Assembly (NCBI GenBank): GCA_024679065.1 | Contig: JAGIQG010000012.1 | Coordinates: 50,840,001 to 50,904,000 of the forward strand | Origin: Sphyrna mokarran | Taxonomy: Eukaryota | Direction of reading: 5' to 3' | Length of the DNA: 64,000 nt | Shown: in pieces, positions 12,469 to 22,858 of the stretch | Numbering within the stretch: the first letter of the stretch is position 1 | Layout of the letters: each line of letters begins with the position of its first letter | Notes under the pieces: model-generated | The model's database searches: none | What the model saw: only the letters and a program-made list of their open reading frames with translations | What the model was told of the DNA's origin: nothing | Made by a program: the position numbers and the translations under genes

Positions 12469-13077
12469 TAAGAAATACTTAGATGGGCACATGAACAGAA
12501 TGGGAATGGAGGGGTATAGAAAATTGATTTAAAATGGGGCTCATGAGCCTTGGGAGTCCCTGGGAAGTGTGTAAATAGATGATGATATTGATGTACTTTG
12601 TTTTTATCCTACAGGTGCTTTGGTCCATCTTGTTGTCTAACAAGGGGCGTACACGCGATGGGTCGTGAGAGGGCTGCTCTTGGATTTTTTTTCGAGTGTA
12701 TCCTAGTGCTTCACGTCGTTAGTGTACGCTTGACCTGGACCACTTGATGGGCAACATAACAGCTCAGTGACTATCACTGTGCTGTGCAGATACATGGATT
12801 TGGGCCTGTGTCTGTGGGAGTTTGCGCATTCTCCCCGTGCTTGCGTGGGTTTTCTCCGGGTGCTCCGGTTTCCTCCCACATCCCAAAGATGTGCTCTTAG
12901 GCTAATTGGCAAAACAAATTCTCCCCGAATTGTCTCAAATTTGGTTTTTAATTCATAGATCTGTAAACATGGACAGGGATCGCGGGTAGAGGTGGGAACA
13001 TCGGGGTGGCGGCGTGGGCTCGTTGGGCTGAAGGGCCTGTTTCCCCTGCTGTTTTGTTCTTCTTTGTTCTTTGTTCT
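12469..13077 (+). mobile_element. CR1 3' end with a long V-SINE-containing 3' UTR (copy 1)
   Basis: ORF2 end KKYLDGHMNRMGMEGYRKLI*, ~545-nt UTR, terminal TTTGTTC repeats; colinear with 27017-27611 and with the reverse complement of 45686-46385. Confidence 0.92.
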
Positions 13078-13079
13078 AT

Positions 13080-14730
13080 TAATCTGTCTGGTTCATTTTA
13101 GCATTCTTTTCGGGGTTCCCGTTCTGCCTTCCTTGGTCGTGTTCCTGAGCTTGACGTGTTTTTGACCAATGGCCTTCCTTTCCAAAATTATGACACTGAC
13201 CTTGGTGTCCGTCATTGGACAAACACACTTCATTTGCACGGTTCCTAACATTCACAGTCAAACTCGTCTAGTTGACTAATGTATATAACAAGTTGAGTAT
13301 AAGTGGTGCCATCACCTTCCAGATCAGGATTGTTAACCTTCAGCATATGAGATAATTCCAGCTTCAGGCCAGCCACAAACGCCAACTGTAGTAACATCAG
13401 CGTATTTGTATCTGTTTTCCGCTGTTATTTCCTGAATGTCGAGTTCTTGAGTCAAGTCATCCTGAACGATTCTTCATAATCAGATACTTCTTCAATTGCT
13501 TTCTGTTGACATGATGCTATTTTACTCCAGTCCATTTTGTTTGGTACGTACACCATGCACCGCAATCTGATCTGGCTTCATCCCCCATCGAGGTTTTGTC
13601 TATCATCACGCAGTCCTGTCAAGACATCAGTCATTAATATTCCACTTTGCTTCTCTGAGACCATAAAGGATAATTTCTGTACACCGTCCAATGGGTTGAA
13701 GTCCATAAATTCCTTTTTGCTCCAGTTTTCTTAGGGTGAGATATTTCTTTAGTCCATTTATTGATTTTTTTGGGGGTTTGCGGGTCGATACACTGGCATG
13801 TTATATATTTTTCTGGGTACAACTCATCCCTCTTGCATCCGATGTTCTCTCGGACTTAATCTTCACATTTTTCAAGGAGAAAAGGTTTTTGGGTGTATCT
13901 TTCCCTTATTCTCAGAATCCTCACCACCTTCAAAGCTTCCCTCAGATGTTGTGTCTACAATTGTTGTTTTATCCATTCCAAAATAGGGTACATTCTGGGG
14001 ACAGGTAGTTTCATAACTGAAATCTCGTCTGCAAGTTTCTGACATTTCTATTTTTCCTCCTTCAGAAGTACAAACTGCAGCTAATTGATCCTGGAGCCAT
14101 TTAATCTTTTGATCCGACTCTGTTGTTTGAGTTGATTCACCATGGCAAAGGACCAGCGAATATGGTCCTTTCTGGGTAATCTCTTAGCTTATCCCCATGG
14201 TCATTTAATATCGTCCAAGGTCCATTGTTTCTTGGAGGCTTAAGCAACATTTTCTGTAAAAATTGAATGGCTGTTCTCCAAACTTTTTCAGTTGTTGCTA
14301 TGTTGCATTCGGAGGCTCACTGCCACCCTTTTTTTTTGTAGTAGGTAAATGACTTTTAGTACTTTTTCCTGCCATCTTCAACTCCGAATAGTAGTGGGAT
14401 TGCAAGCTGGTTGGGGTCAAAAAATGACAGTGAGCTGATCTTCAGCCTAGGGAATGCATGCAGTGGGGGCCTTGCGCCGGAATTTCAAGACCAGGTATTA
14501 GACAAATATGGAAGCGTGCAAGTGGCTGATTTAGAGTTGCATAATGGAAAGAAGCGGTCCTACTTAATGGACCGCTAGGTCCATTGGTGCTCCTCAAGTT
14601 GAAATCTGATTGATGATCCAGCTTGACTATGCCAAAATTGTTAGATTCAGAAATTTGCCAATACCTTATCGTCTGGTACAAATGTACAAGTTTATTAGGA
14701 GTTCCTTTTCTCTCTTGTATGATGTTCGTA
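13080..14730 (-). mobile_element. Endogenous retrovirus / LTR-element remnant: LTR 3' end, PBS and decayed gag
   Basis: minus strand: AATAAA (14691-14696), LTR end ...TCTAACA (14639), PBS-like TGGCATAGTCAAGCTGGAT (14616-14634), capsid-like MDWSKIASCQQKAIEEVSDYEESF and AFVAGLKLEL, decayed zinc knuckle QCHNFGKEGHWSKT. Confidence 0.72.
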
Positions 14731-16662
14731 ATATGGAGATGCCAGCACTGGACTTGGATGAATACAGTAAGAAGCTTCACAACACCAGTTTAAAGTCCAA
14801 CTGGTTTATTGGCCACTAGCTTTTGGAGTGCTGCCCCTTCAGGTGAGTGGGAGTTTTATTCACAAACAGAACATATAAAGACACAAACTCAATTTACAAA
14901 ATAATGGTTGGAATGCAAACCTTTACAGGTAATCAAGTCTTAAAGGTACAGACAATGTGAATGGAGAGAGGGGTTAAGCACAGGTTAAAGAGATGTGTAT
15001 TGTCTCCAATCAGGACAATTAGTGACATTTTGCAAGCTCAGACGGGTCGTCAGATAGTGTGACATGAACCCAGAACCCCAACTGAGGCCGTCCTCGTGTT
15101 TGGAACTTGGCTATCAGTCTCTGCTCAGCGACTCTGCATTGTTGTATGTTGTGAAGGCTGCCTTAGTGAACCTTACCCAAAGATCAGAGGCTGAATGCCT
15201 GTGACCGCTGAAGTATTCGCCAACAGGAAGAGAACACTCTTGCCTGGTGATTGTTGAGCAGTGTTCATTTATGGTCTCCCGAATGTACAGTGCCTTGGGA
15301 CATTCTTTTCTGCAGCATATCAGATAGACACATCGATAGAGTTGCAAGTATATGTACCATGTACCTGGTGGATGGTGTTCTCACATCAAGTTCTATCCCA
15401 CCATCAGACTACTCTCCAACATCAGTTGCATTCTTGGACACACTCATCTCCGTCAAGGATGGTCACCTCAGCACTTCGTTGTACCACAAGCCCTTGGGTA
15501 ACCTCATAATGCTCCACTTCTCCAACTTCCACTCTAAACACATTAAAGAAGCTATCCCTATGGACTAGCCCTCCGTATACACAGGATCTGCTCAGATGAG
15601 GAGGATTGCAACAGACACCTCCAGACGCCGAAAGATGCCCTCATAACAACAGGCTATGATGCTTGACTTATCAGTCGACAGTTCTGATGAGCTACAGCAA
15701 AAAAAAACCACACTGACCTCCTCAGAAGACAAACACGGGACATGGCGGACGTGTCCGTCATTGTCCCGTACTTCCCCGGAGCGGAGAAGCTACGACGTCT
15801 TTTCCGGAGCCTTCAACACATCATTGATCATCCTCACACCCCCACTTCTTGCCTTCAAACAATCACATAATCTCAGACTGTTGTCAGCAGCAAATTACAC
15901 AACCTTCAGGAAAACAGTGACCATGACACCACACAATCCTGCCACGGCAACCTCTGCAAGACATGCCAGATCATCAACACAGATGCCATCATCTCACCAT
16001 CCAGAGAATACCATCCACACAGTACATTACACTTGCAACTCAGCCAACATTGTCTACCTGGTACGCTGTAAGAAGGGATGTCCTGAGGCATGATACATTG
16101 GAAAGACCATGCAGATGCTACAACAACGGATGAATGAGCACTGCTCGACAATCACCAGGCAAGAGTATTCCCTTTCTGTTGGCGAACACTTCAGTGGCCA
16201 TGGGCATTTGGCCTCTGATTTTCGGGTAAGCGTTCTCCAAGTTGGCCTTCACAGCACGTGGAAGCGCAGAGTGGCTGAGCAGAGACTGATAGCCAAGTTC
16301 CACACACATGAGGACAGCCTCAACCGGGATCTTGTGTTCATATCACACTAACTGCAACCCTCACAACTTGCCTGGGCTTGCAAAATCTCAGTAACTGTCC
16401 TGGCTGGAGACAACACACATCTCTCTAACCTGTGCTTAATCTTCTCTCCACTCACATTGTCTGTACATTTTAAAACTTGATTACCTGTAAACACTTGCAT
16501 TCCAACCATTATTTTGTAAATTGAGTATCTCTCTTTAAATACCCTATTTGTGAATAGAACTCATGCTCACCCTTGATGAAGGAGCAGCGCTCCGAAAGCT
16601 AATAGCTTGTGCTACCAAACAAACCTTTTGGATTTTAGCCTGATAATGTGAGATTTCTTACT
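14731..16662 (+). mobile_element. Penelope-like element (5'-truncated RT plus GIY-YIG endonuclease) with an inverted copy of its 3' portion
   Basis: AFLDTLISVKDGHLSTSLYHKP...HIKEAIP (RT thumb); YTCNSANIVYLVRCKKGCPEA*YIGKT...RMNEH (GIY-YIG); 14765-15382 is the reverse complement of ~16003-16662. Confidence 0.9.
16568..16604 (+). ncRNA. Degenerate minimal hammerhead ribozyme motif in the PLE terminal repeat
   Basis: CAC-CC-TTGATGA-A-GGAGC-AGC-GCTCC-GAAA-GC-TA; stem II intact, core C and stem I mutated. Confidence 0.55.
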
Positions 16663-16690
16663 TATATGATACTACCAATCTTCTTCTTTT

Positions 16691-16710
16691 CTCTCTCTCT
16701 CTCTCTCTCT
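16691..16710. repeat. (CT)10 microsatellite
   Basis: ctctctctctctctctctct. Confidence 0.95.
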
Positions 16711-17184
16711 GTTATTATTATACGTTATTTCAGAGAGTATGCATTTACATTCATTGGTCAATTAAACGCATTTACAGAAGTGGCAGACGGTAATTCATTT
16801 TGACCTGTAATTATGCAATATTTAAAAGTCAGTGGTCTCCTGTCAAGGTTTTCTGATTACATGCTATGCATGTCGCAGCACATCTCAGCATTTTGTAACA
16901 ATATAACATGCCCCAGCACAATTAAGATCTGAAACCATGATTTATCTCGTGATGAAATGTTCGTACAAATACATTGTGGAAAATGTTACAAAAATTATTA
17001 AAAATATAATGGTTTGCTTCCCACAATCTGTAGTGAAAACCAATGCATAATATCTGTTCAATTCATCTGTCATTTCCTTATTTTCCATTTTTAATTCCCC
17101 AGACTCTATAGGACCAAAGCCCACTTTGTTAACACTTTTTCAGAATAGCTATGGAAACTCTTCTTATCTGTTTATATATTTCTG

Positions 17185-17380
17185 ATGTGGAAATGCTGGC
17201 GTTGGACTGGGGTAAGAAGTCTCACTTTAAACACCAGTTTAAACTCCAACAGGTTTATTTGGTAGTAAATGACACTAGCTTTGATTCACCTGATGAAGGA
17301 AAAAAGCCCTGAAAGCTAGTAGCATTTACTACCAAATAAACCTGTTGGAATTTATACTGGTGTTGTGAAACTTCTTACTG
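17185..17380 (+). mobile_element. Short fold-back Penelope-derived element with a 12-bp TSD
   Basis: TATATATTTCTG at 17173-17184 and 17381-17392; arms ~17212-17282 and ~17312-17378 are inverted repeats. Confidence 0.88.
17287..17321 (+). ncRNA. Minimal type I hammerhead ribozyme motif
   Basis: CAC-CTGATGA-AGG(aaaaaagc)CCT-GAAA-GC-TA-GTA: intact CUGAUGA and GAAA core, 3-bp stem II, palindromic AGCU stem III, UA cleavage site. Confidence 0.72.
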
Positions 17381-18052
17381 TATATATTTCTGGCCAGTTT
17401 CTTTCATATTCTAATTTTTCCTTCCTTATTAATCATTTAGTCATTCTTTATTGTTTTGTATATTTGGTCCAATCTTCTGACACCCGCCTTAGTACAATTA
17501 TAAGTTTTTCGTTACGTTTGATCCTGTCTTTAACTTTTATGTTAACCACAGATGGTAGATCCCTCTTTTGAAATTTTTCTTTCTCATTGGAATGTGTCTA
17601 TTCTGTATATTCTGAAATGTCCCTTTAAGTCTCTGGCTCTGCATCTCTATTGACTTGTCCCTTAATCTGATTTGCAAGTTTATCTCGCTCTGCTTTAAAG
17701 TTCTCATAATTGCCCTTTTTTAAATTTAAAACATTACTCTTGGATCCACTTTTCTCTTCCTCAAACTGAATGTAAAAGCTTATGATTGCTGCTACATAGA
17801 GGCACTCAAAAACATTCAGTAAACTCATATTGGCTGCCATTGCCCATCTGATGTCCCCTGTGATTATCATTATAGTTTTCTTAATTTCTCCCTTCATACT
17901 CCTTCCTACTATGTGAATAGAATTAGGGGGACTATACGCTCTCGCACAAGAGACTTCTTAATGCTATTGTTTCTCATCTCTGCCCATGCCACATTTACAC
18001 CCTGGTTTCCTAAAGGTATGTCATCCCTCTCTGTTGTGTTGATACTATTATT

Positions 18053-21000
18053 GGCAGTGGGGTGAGATCTTCAGCAGCAGGGAAGCAAATGCAGAGCTGA
18101 AAAGAGTTGCAGAACTCAAGAACAGCAAGCTGAGTAGAAATGATAAGCAGGAACACAGCAGGGAGTGGAGAAAACGTTTTGGAATAAATTGCATCTATTT
18201 CAGTGCAAGAGGGCTGACAGGTAAGGCTGATGAACTTGGGGCATGTGGAATTGGAATGTTGTAGCCATAACTGAATTATGGCTAAGGGAGAGACAGGACT
18301 GGCAGCTTAATATTCTAAGGTAAGTTGCTTTAGGTGGGAAAGAGGAGGGGGAGTTGCATTTTTGATTAAGGGGAGCATCACAGCAGTAGTCAAATCAAAT
18401 AACCAAGGGATCATTTAGCAGGGCTTTGTGGGTGGAATTAAGAAACAAAAAGGGGATGGTGACTTTATTGGGGTTGTACTATAAGCTCCCAAATAGTCAA
18501 TAGGAATTAGAAGAACTAATATGGGGGGAGACTTGCAGGAGTAATAGGTTGTCGTAATAGGGGATTTTATTTTTCCTAACAGAGACTCAGACTGCCATAG
18601 TGTTAAGGGCTTAGATAGCGTGAAATTTGTTAAGTGTGTTCAGGAAAATTTCCTTAGGTAATATGAGAAGTGTCCTAGAGAAACAGCAAAACTTGATCTA
18701 CTTTTGGGAAATAGGGCGGGCAAGTGACTGAAGTAACCACATTGGAAGACCATTTTGGGGCCTGTGACCACTGTTCTAGTAATTTTATAATAGTTAAGGA
18801 AAGGGACAAAACTAGTCCATAGGTGCAAGTTCTAAACTGGGGCAAGGCAAATTTTGATGAAATTAGACAGGACTTGCACGATTTGATTGAAGTAGTTTGT
18901 TTGAGGGCAGTAGAACCACCAGCAAGTGGGAGGCCTTTAAATAGCTATAGAGTTCAGGAGGTATATATTTTCCTGTTTGGGTGAAGGGCAAAGCTGGTAG
19001 GAGTAGGGATCCCTAGATGGCAAAACGTATTGACGTTTTGGCCAAGAAAAGGGGGAAGGCATGGCTCAAGCACAAGGATTCCCTGGAGGTGTACAGGAGA
19101 TGTACTCAAGAAGGAAATTAGGAACGTGAAAAGGGGACATGAGGTACTGTTGGCTGAGAGGTTTAAGGTGAATCCAAAGGGATCTTGAATTTGTTAAAGG
19201 AAAAGAATAACTAGAGAGAGAATAGGACCTCTCGAAGACCCAACTGGACCCATGTGCAGCTCCAGGAGATGGTCAAGGTTCTCGATGAATATTTCTCCTG
19301 TGTTTACCATGGAGAAACACATAAAGACTTGGGAATCTGAGAAAGTTAGTGGCAATATGGTGGGGACAGTTCACATTACAGTAAAGGAGGTGATAGATAT
19401 ATTAAAATGTATGAAGGTGGATAAATCTCCTGGCCCTGACCAGATTTATCCAAGAACACTGTCTGAGGCTAGAGAAGAAATTGCAGGAGCCCTGGCTGAG
19501 ACAGTTGCTTCATTATTAGCCATGGGTAAAGTACCAGAAGACTGAGGGTCACAAATATTAAGACAGTCTGCAAAGGCAAACCTGGGAATTATAGACCAGT
19601 AATCCTAACATCTGTGGTGGGTAAGTTACCAGACACGATTTTGAAGGATAAGGTATACAGACATTTGGAAAGGCAGGGTTTGATTAGGAGTAATCAGCAT
19701 GACTTTGCACATGGGAAGATCATGCCTTTTGAGTTGTTAAAATTCCTTGAAGTGACCAGGAAGGTTGATAAGGGCGGGGCAATAGACATTGTCTTAATAG
19801 ACTTCGGTAAGGCCTTTGATAAAGTTCTGCATGAACAAAGAACAATACAGCATCGGAAACAGGCCCTTTGGCCCTCCAAGCCTGCGCCGCTCTTTGTCCA
19901 ACTAGACCATTCATTTGTATCTCTCCATTCCCAGTTTGTTCATGTGGCTATCCAGATAAGTCTTAAATGATCCCAGCTTGTCCATCTCCACAACCCTGCT
20001 TGGCATTGCATTCCAGACCCCCACCACCCTCTGTGTAAAATACATTCCTCTGATATGAGTTAAACTTTGCCCCCTCACCTTGAACTGTGACCCCTTGTGT
20101 TCGTCACCCCTGACCTAGGAGAAAGCTTCCCACTGTTCACCCTATCTATGCCTTTCATAATTTTATACACCCCTATTAGGTCTCTCCTCATTCTCCATCC
20201 TTCTAGGGAGAACAATCCCAGTTTACCCAATCTCTCTTCATAGCTAAGATCCTCCATACCAGGCAACATCCTGGTAAATCTTTTCTGCACTCTCTTCAAA
20301 GCTTCCACATTCTTCTAGTAGTGTGGCGACCAGAACTAGACATAGTATTGCAAATGTGGCCTAACCAACGTTCTATACAGCTGTAACATCAGATATCAAT
20401 TTTTATACTCCATGCCTCATCCTATAAAGGCAAGTATGCCGTATGTCTTCTTCACCACCTTCTCCATCTTGATGCCACCTTCAAGGATCTGTGGACTTGC
20501 ACACCCAGGTCCATGGTAGGCTGTTCTGGAATGTTAGTTCACATGGAACCCAGGGAGAGCTGGCAAATTGGATATACAGTTGATTTGATGATAGTAAGCA
20601 GAGGGTAATGATGGAAAGATGCTTGTCGGAATTGAGTATGAGCACGACTAATGGTGTGCCTCAGTTCAGTGCAGGGCCCCATTGTTGGTTGTTATATAAA
20701 TCAATGATTTGGATGAGAATGTACAAGGCATGATTGGTAAGTTTGCAGATGACATTAAATTAGGTGGTATTGTAGACAGTGAGGAGGGTTATCAAAAATT
20801 GCAGCAGGATCTTGATCAGCTGGGCTGAGAAATACAGAGAAGTGTGAGACGTTGCATTTTGGAAAGTCAAATCAATGTCAGACTTTCACAATGGGTAGTA
20901 GGGCTTTGGGAAATATCATAGAACAAGGGATCTTGGAGTTCAGGTGCATGGTTCCCTAAAGGTGGCGCAACAGGAGCTAGGGTAGTGAAGAAGGCTTTTG

Positions 21001-21617
21001 GCATGTTGGCCTTCAGTCGGGGCATTGAGTATAGAAGTTGGGCAGTTATGTTGCAGTTGTACAGGATGTTGGTGAGACTGCACTGGAAGTATTGTGTTCA
21101 GTTTTGGTCATCTTGCTGTAGGAAAAAGTTTTTAAATTGGAGAGAGTGCAGAAGAGATTTACGTGGATGTTATCAGGACTTGAGGGACTGAGTAATAGGG
21201 AAAGATCGGACAGGTTAGGACTTTTTTCTTTGGAGTATAGGAGACAGAGCTGATCTTAAAGGTGTATAAGATCATGAGAGGCATGGAGAGAGTGAATGCA
21301 CTCAGTCTTTTTGCTTGGGTTGGGGAATCAAGAACTAGACATTCAGGTTTAAGTTAAGAAGGGAGAGAATTAACAGGAACCTGAAGAGCAATTTTTTTAC
21401 ACAGAGGATGGTACATATATGGAATGAGCTGCCAGAGGAAGTGGTTGAGGCAGGGACATTGATAATATTTAAAAGGCATTTGGGCAGATGCATGGATAGG
21501 AAAGATTTAGAGGGATATGGATCAAATGCAGATAAATAGGGTTAGCTTAGATGAGCATTATGGTCATCAAGGACCAGTTTGGGCTGAATGGCCTGTCTCC
21601 ATGCCATGATTCTATGA
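18053..21617 (+). mobile_element. Decayed CR1 LINE spanning nearly all of ORF2
   Basis: NCIYFSARGLTGKADEL (endonuclease start), DKSPGPDQIYPR, DFGKAFDKV, KFADDIK, YCVQFWS; tail GATTCTATGA; many stops and frameshifts. Confidence 0.9.
19834..20511 (-). mobile_element. Younger CR1 3' fragment nested in the RT region of the CR1 at 18053-21617
   Basis: RFTRMLPGMEDLSYEERLGKLGLFSLE; flanked by CATG on both sides, interrupting the host DKV-L-H|G-R-L motif. Confidence 0.9.
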
Positions 21618-21804
21618 ATTAACAGAGCCTTATCTTCATTTTTTCCTAGCTTCTTGTCTTTCCCAAATGTCATGTAGCTTTCAATGTTCAGGGTGTAATC
21701 AATCACTCTGCAGCCATGTCACTGTGATGGCAGTCGGATCATATTTATTTCTATCTGAACGCTCTATCTGTTTTGTCTCAAATGGATCCACTTCAGTTCA
21801 CCAT

Positions 21805-22858
21805 TTGCTGCAACAGGTCCACAGCAGACACTGTCTCCCTGACTCTGCACCCTGGAACACCTAGATAACAAAGACACCTATGTCAGATTCCAATTCATAG
21901 ACTACAGCTCAGTCTTTAACAAGACTGTTCCTACCAGATTCATCTTCAAACTTTGTGGCCCAGGCTTGACTCCTCCCTCTGCAGCTGGATCCGAGACTTC
22001 CTAATCCACAGATCACAGTCAGTAAGCATAGACAGCAATACTTCCACGATCATCCTCAACGCTAGTACTCCGCAAGGCTGTGTCCTCAGTCCTTACTATA
22101 CTCTTCATATACCTCTGACTCGACTTTCAAGCTTGCTGATGGTACCACCATAGTGGGTCTGATCTCAAACAATGATGAGGCACAGTACTGAAAAGAGATA
22201 GGGAATCTGGTAAACTGATGTGATGACAATCTCTCCCTCAATGTCAACAAAATGAAAAAGATAATCATTGACTTCAGAAAGCATAGTGGAGGACATGCCT
22301 CTGTTTACATCATTGGGGATGAAGTAGAAATGGTTGAAAGCTTCAAGTTTTTAGGTGTCCAGATCACCAACAATCTGTCCTGATCTCCCCATTTTGATAC
22401 TGTAGGAAAGAAAGTCCACCAACGCCTCTACTTCCTCAGGAGACTAAGGAAATTTAGCATGTCCACCACAACTTTCTGTCCAACTTCAGCATAGAAAGCA
22501 TTCTTTCTGGTTTTATCACAGCTTGGTATGGCTCCTGTTCTATCCAAGAACACAAGAAACTACAAAGGGCCATGAATGAATCAGCCTCCCAAACATTGTC
22601 TATACTTCCCACTGCCTCGGTAAAACAGCCAGCATAATCAAGGACCCATGCACCCCAGACATGCTTTCTTCTCTGCAGTCAGACTTTTGAATGGGCCCAC
22701 TTCACGTTAAGTTGATCTTTCTCTGCACCCTAGCTCTGATTATAACACTACATTCTGCACTATTTCCTTTCTTTCCCTGTGTAAGGTATGTTTTGCGTAG
22801 CAATCAAGAAATAACACTTTTCAATGTATACCAACACGTGACAATAAATCAAATCAAA
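21805..22858 (+). mobile_element. Rex1/Babar-clade LINE (RT and 3' end)
   Basis: [61 protein letters not shown]; tail AATAAATCAAATCAAA. Confidence 0.88.

Noticed and set aside
14715-16680. Target-site duplication for the large Penelope-like element
   Set aside because: Flanks share only TATGAT plus weak similarity; too degenerate to call.
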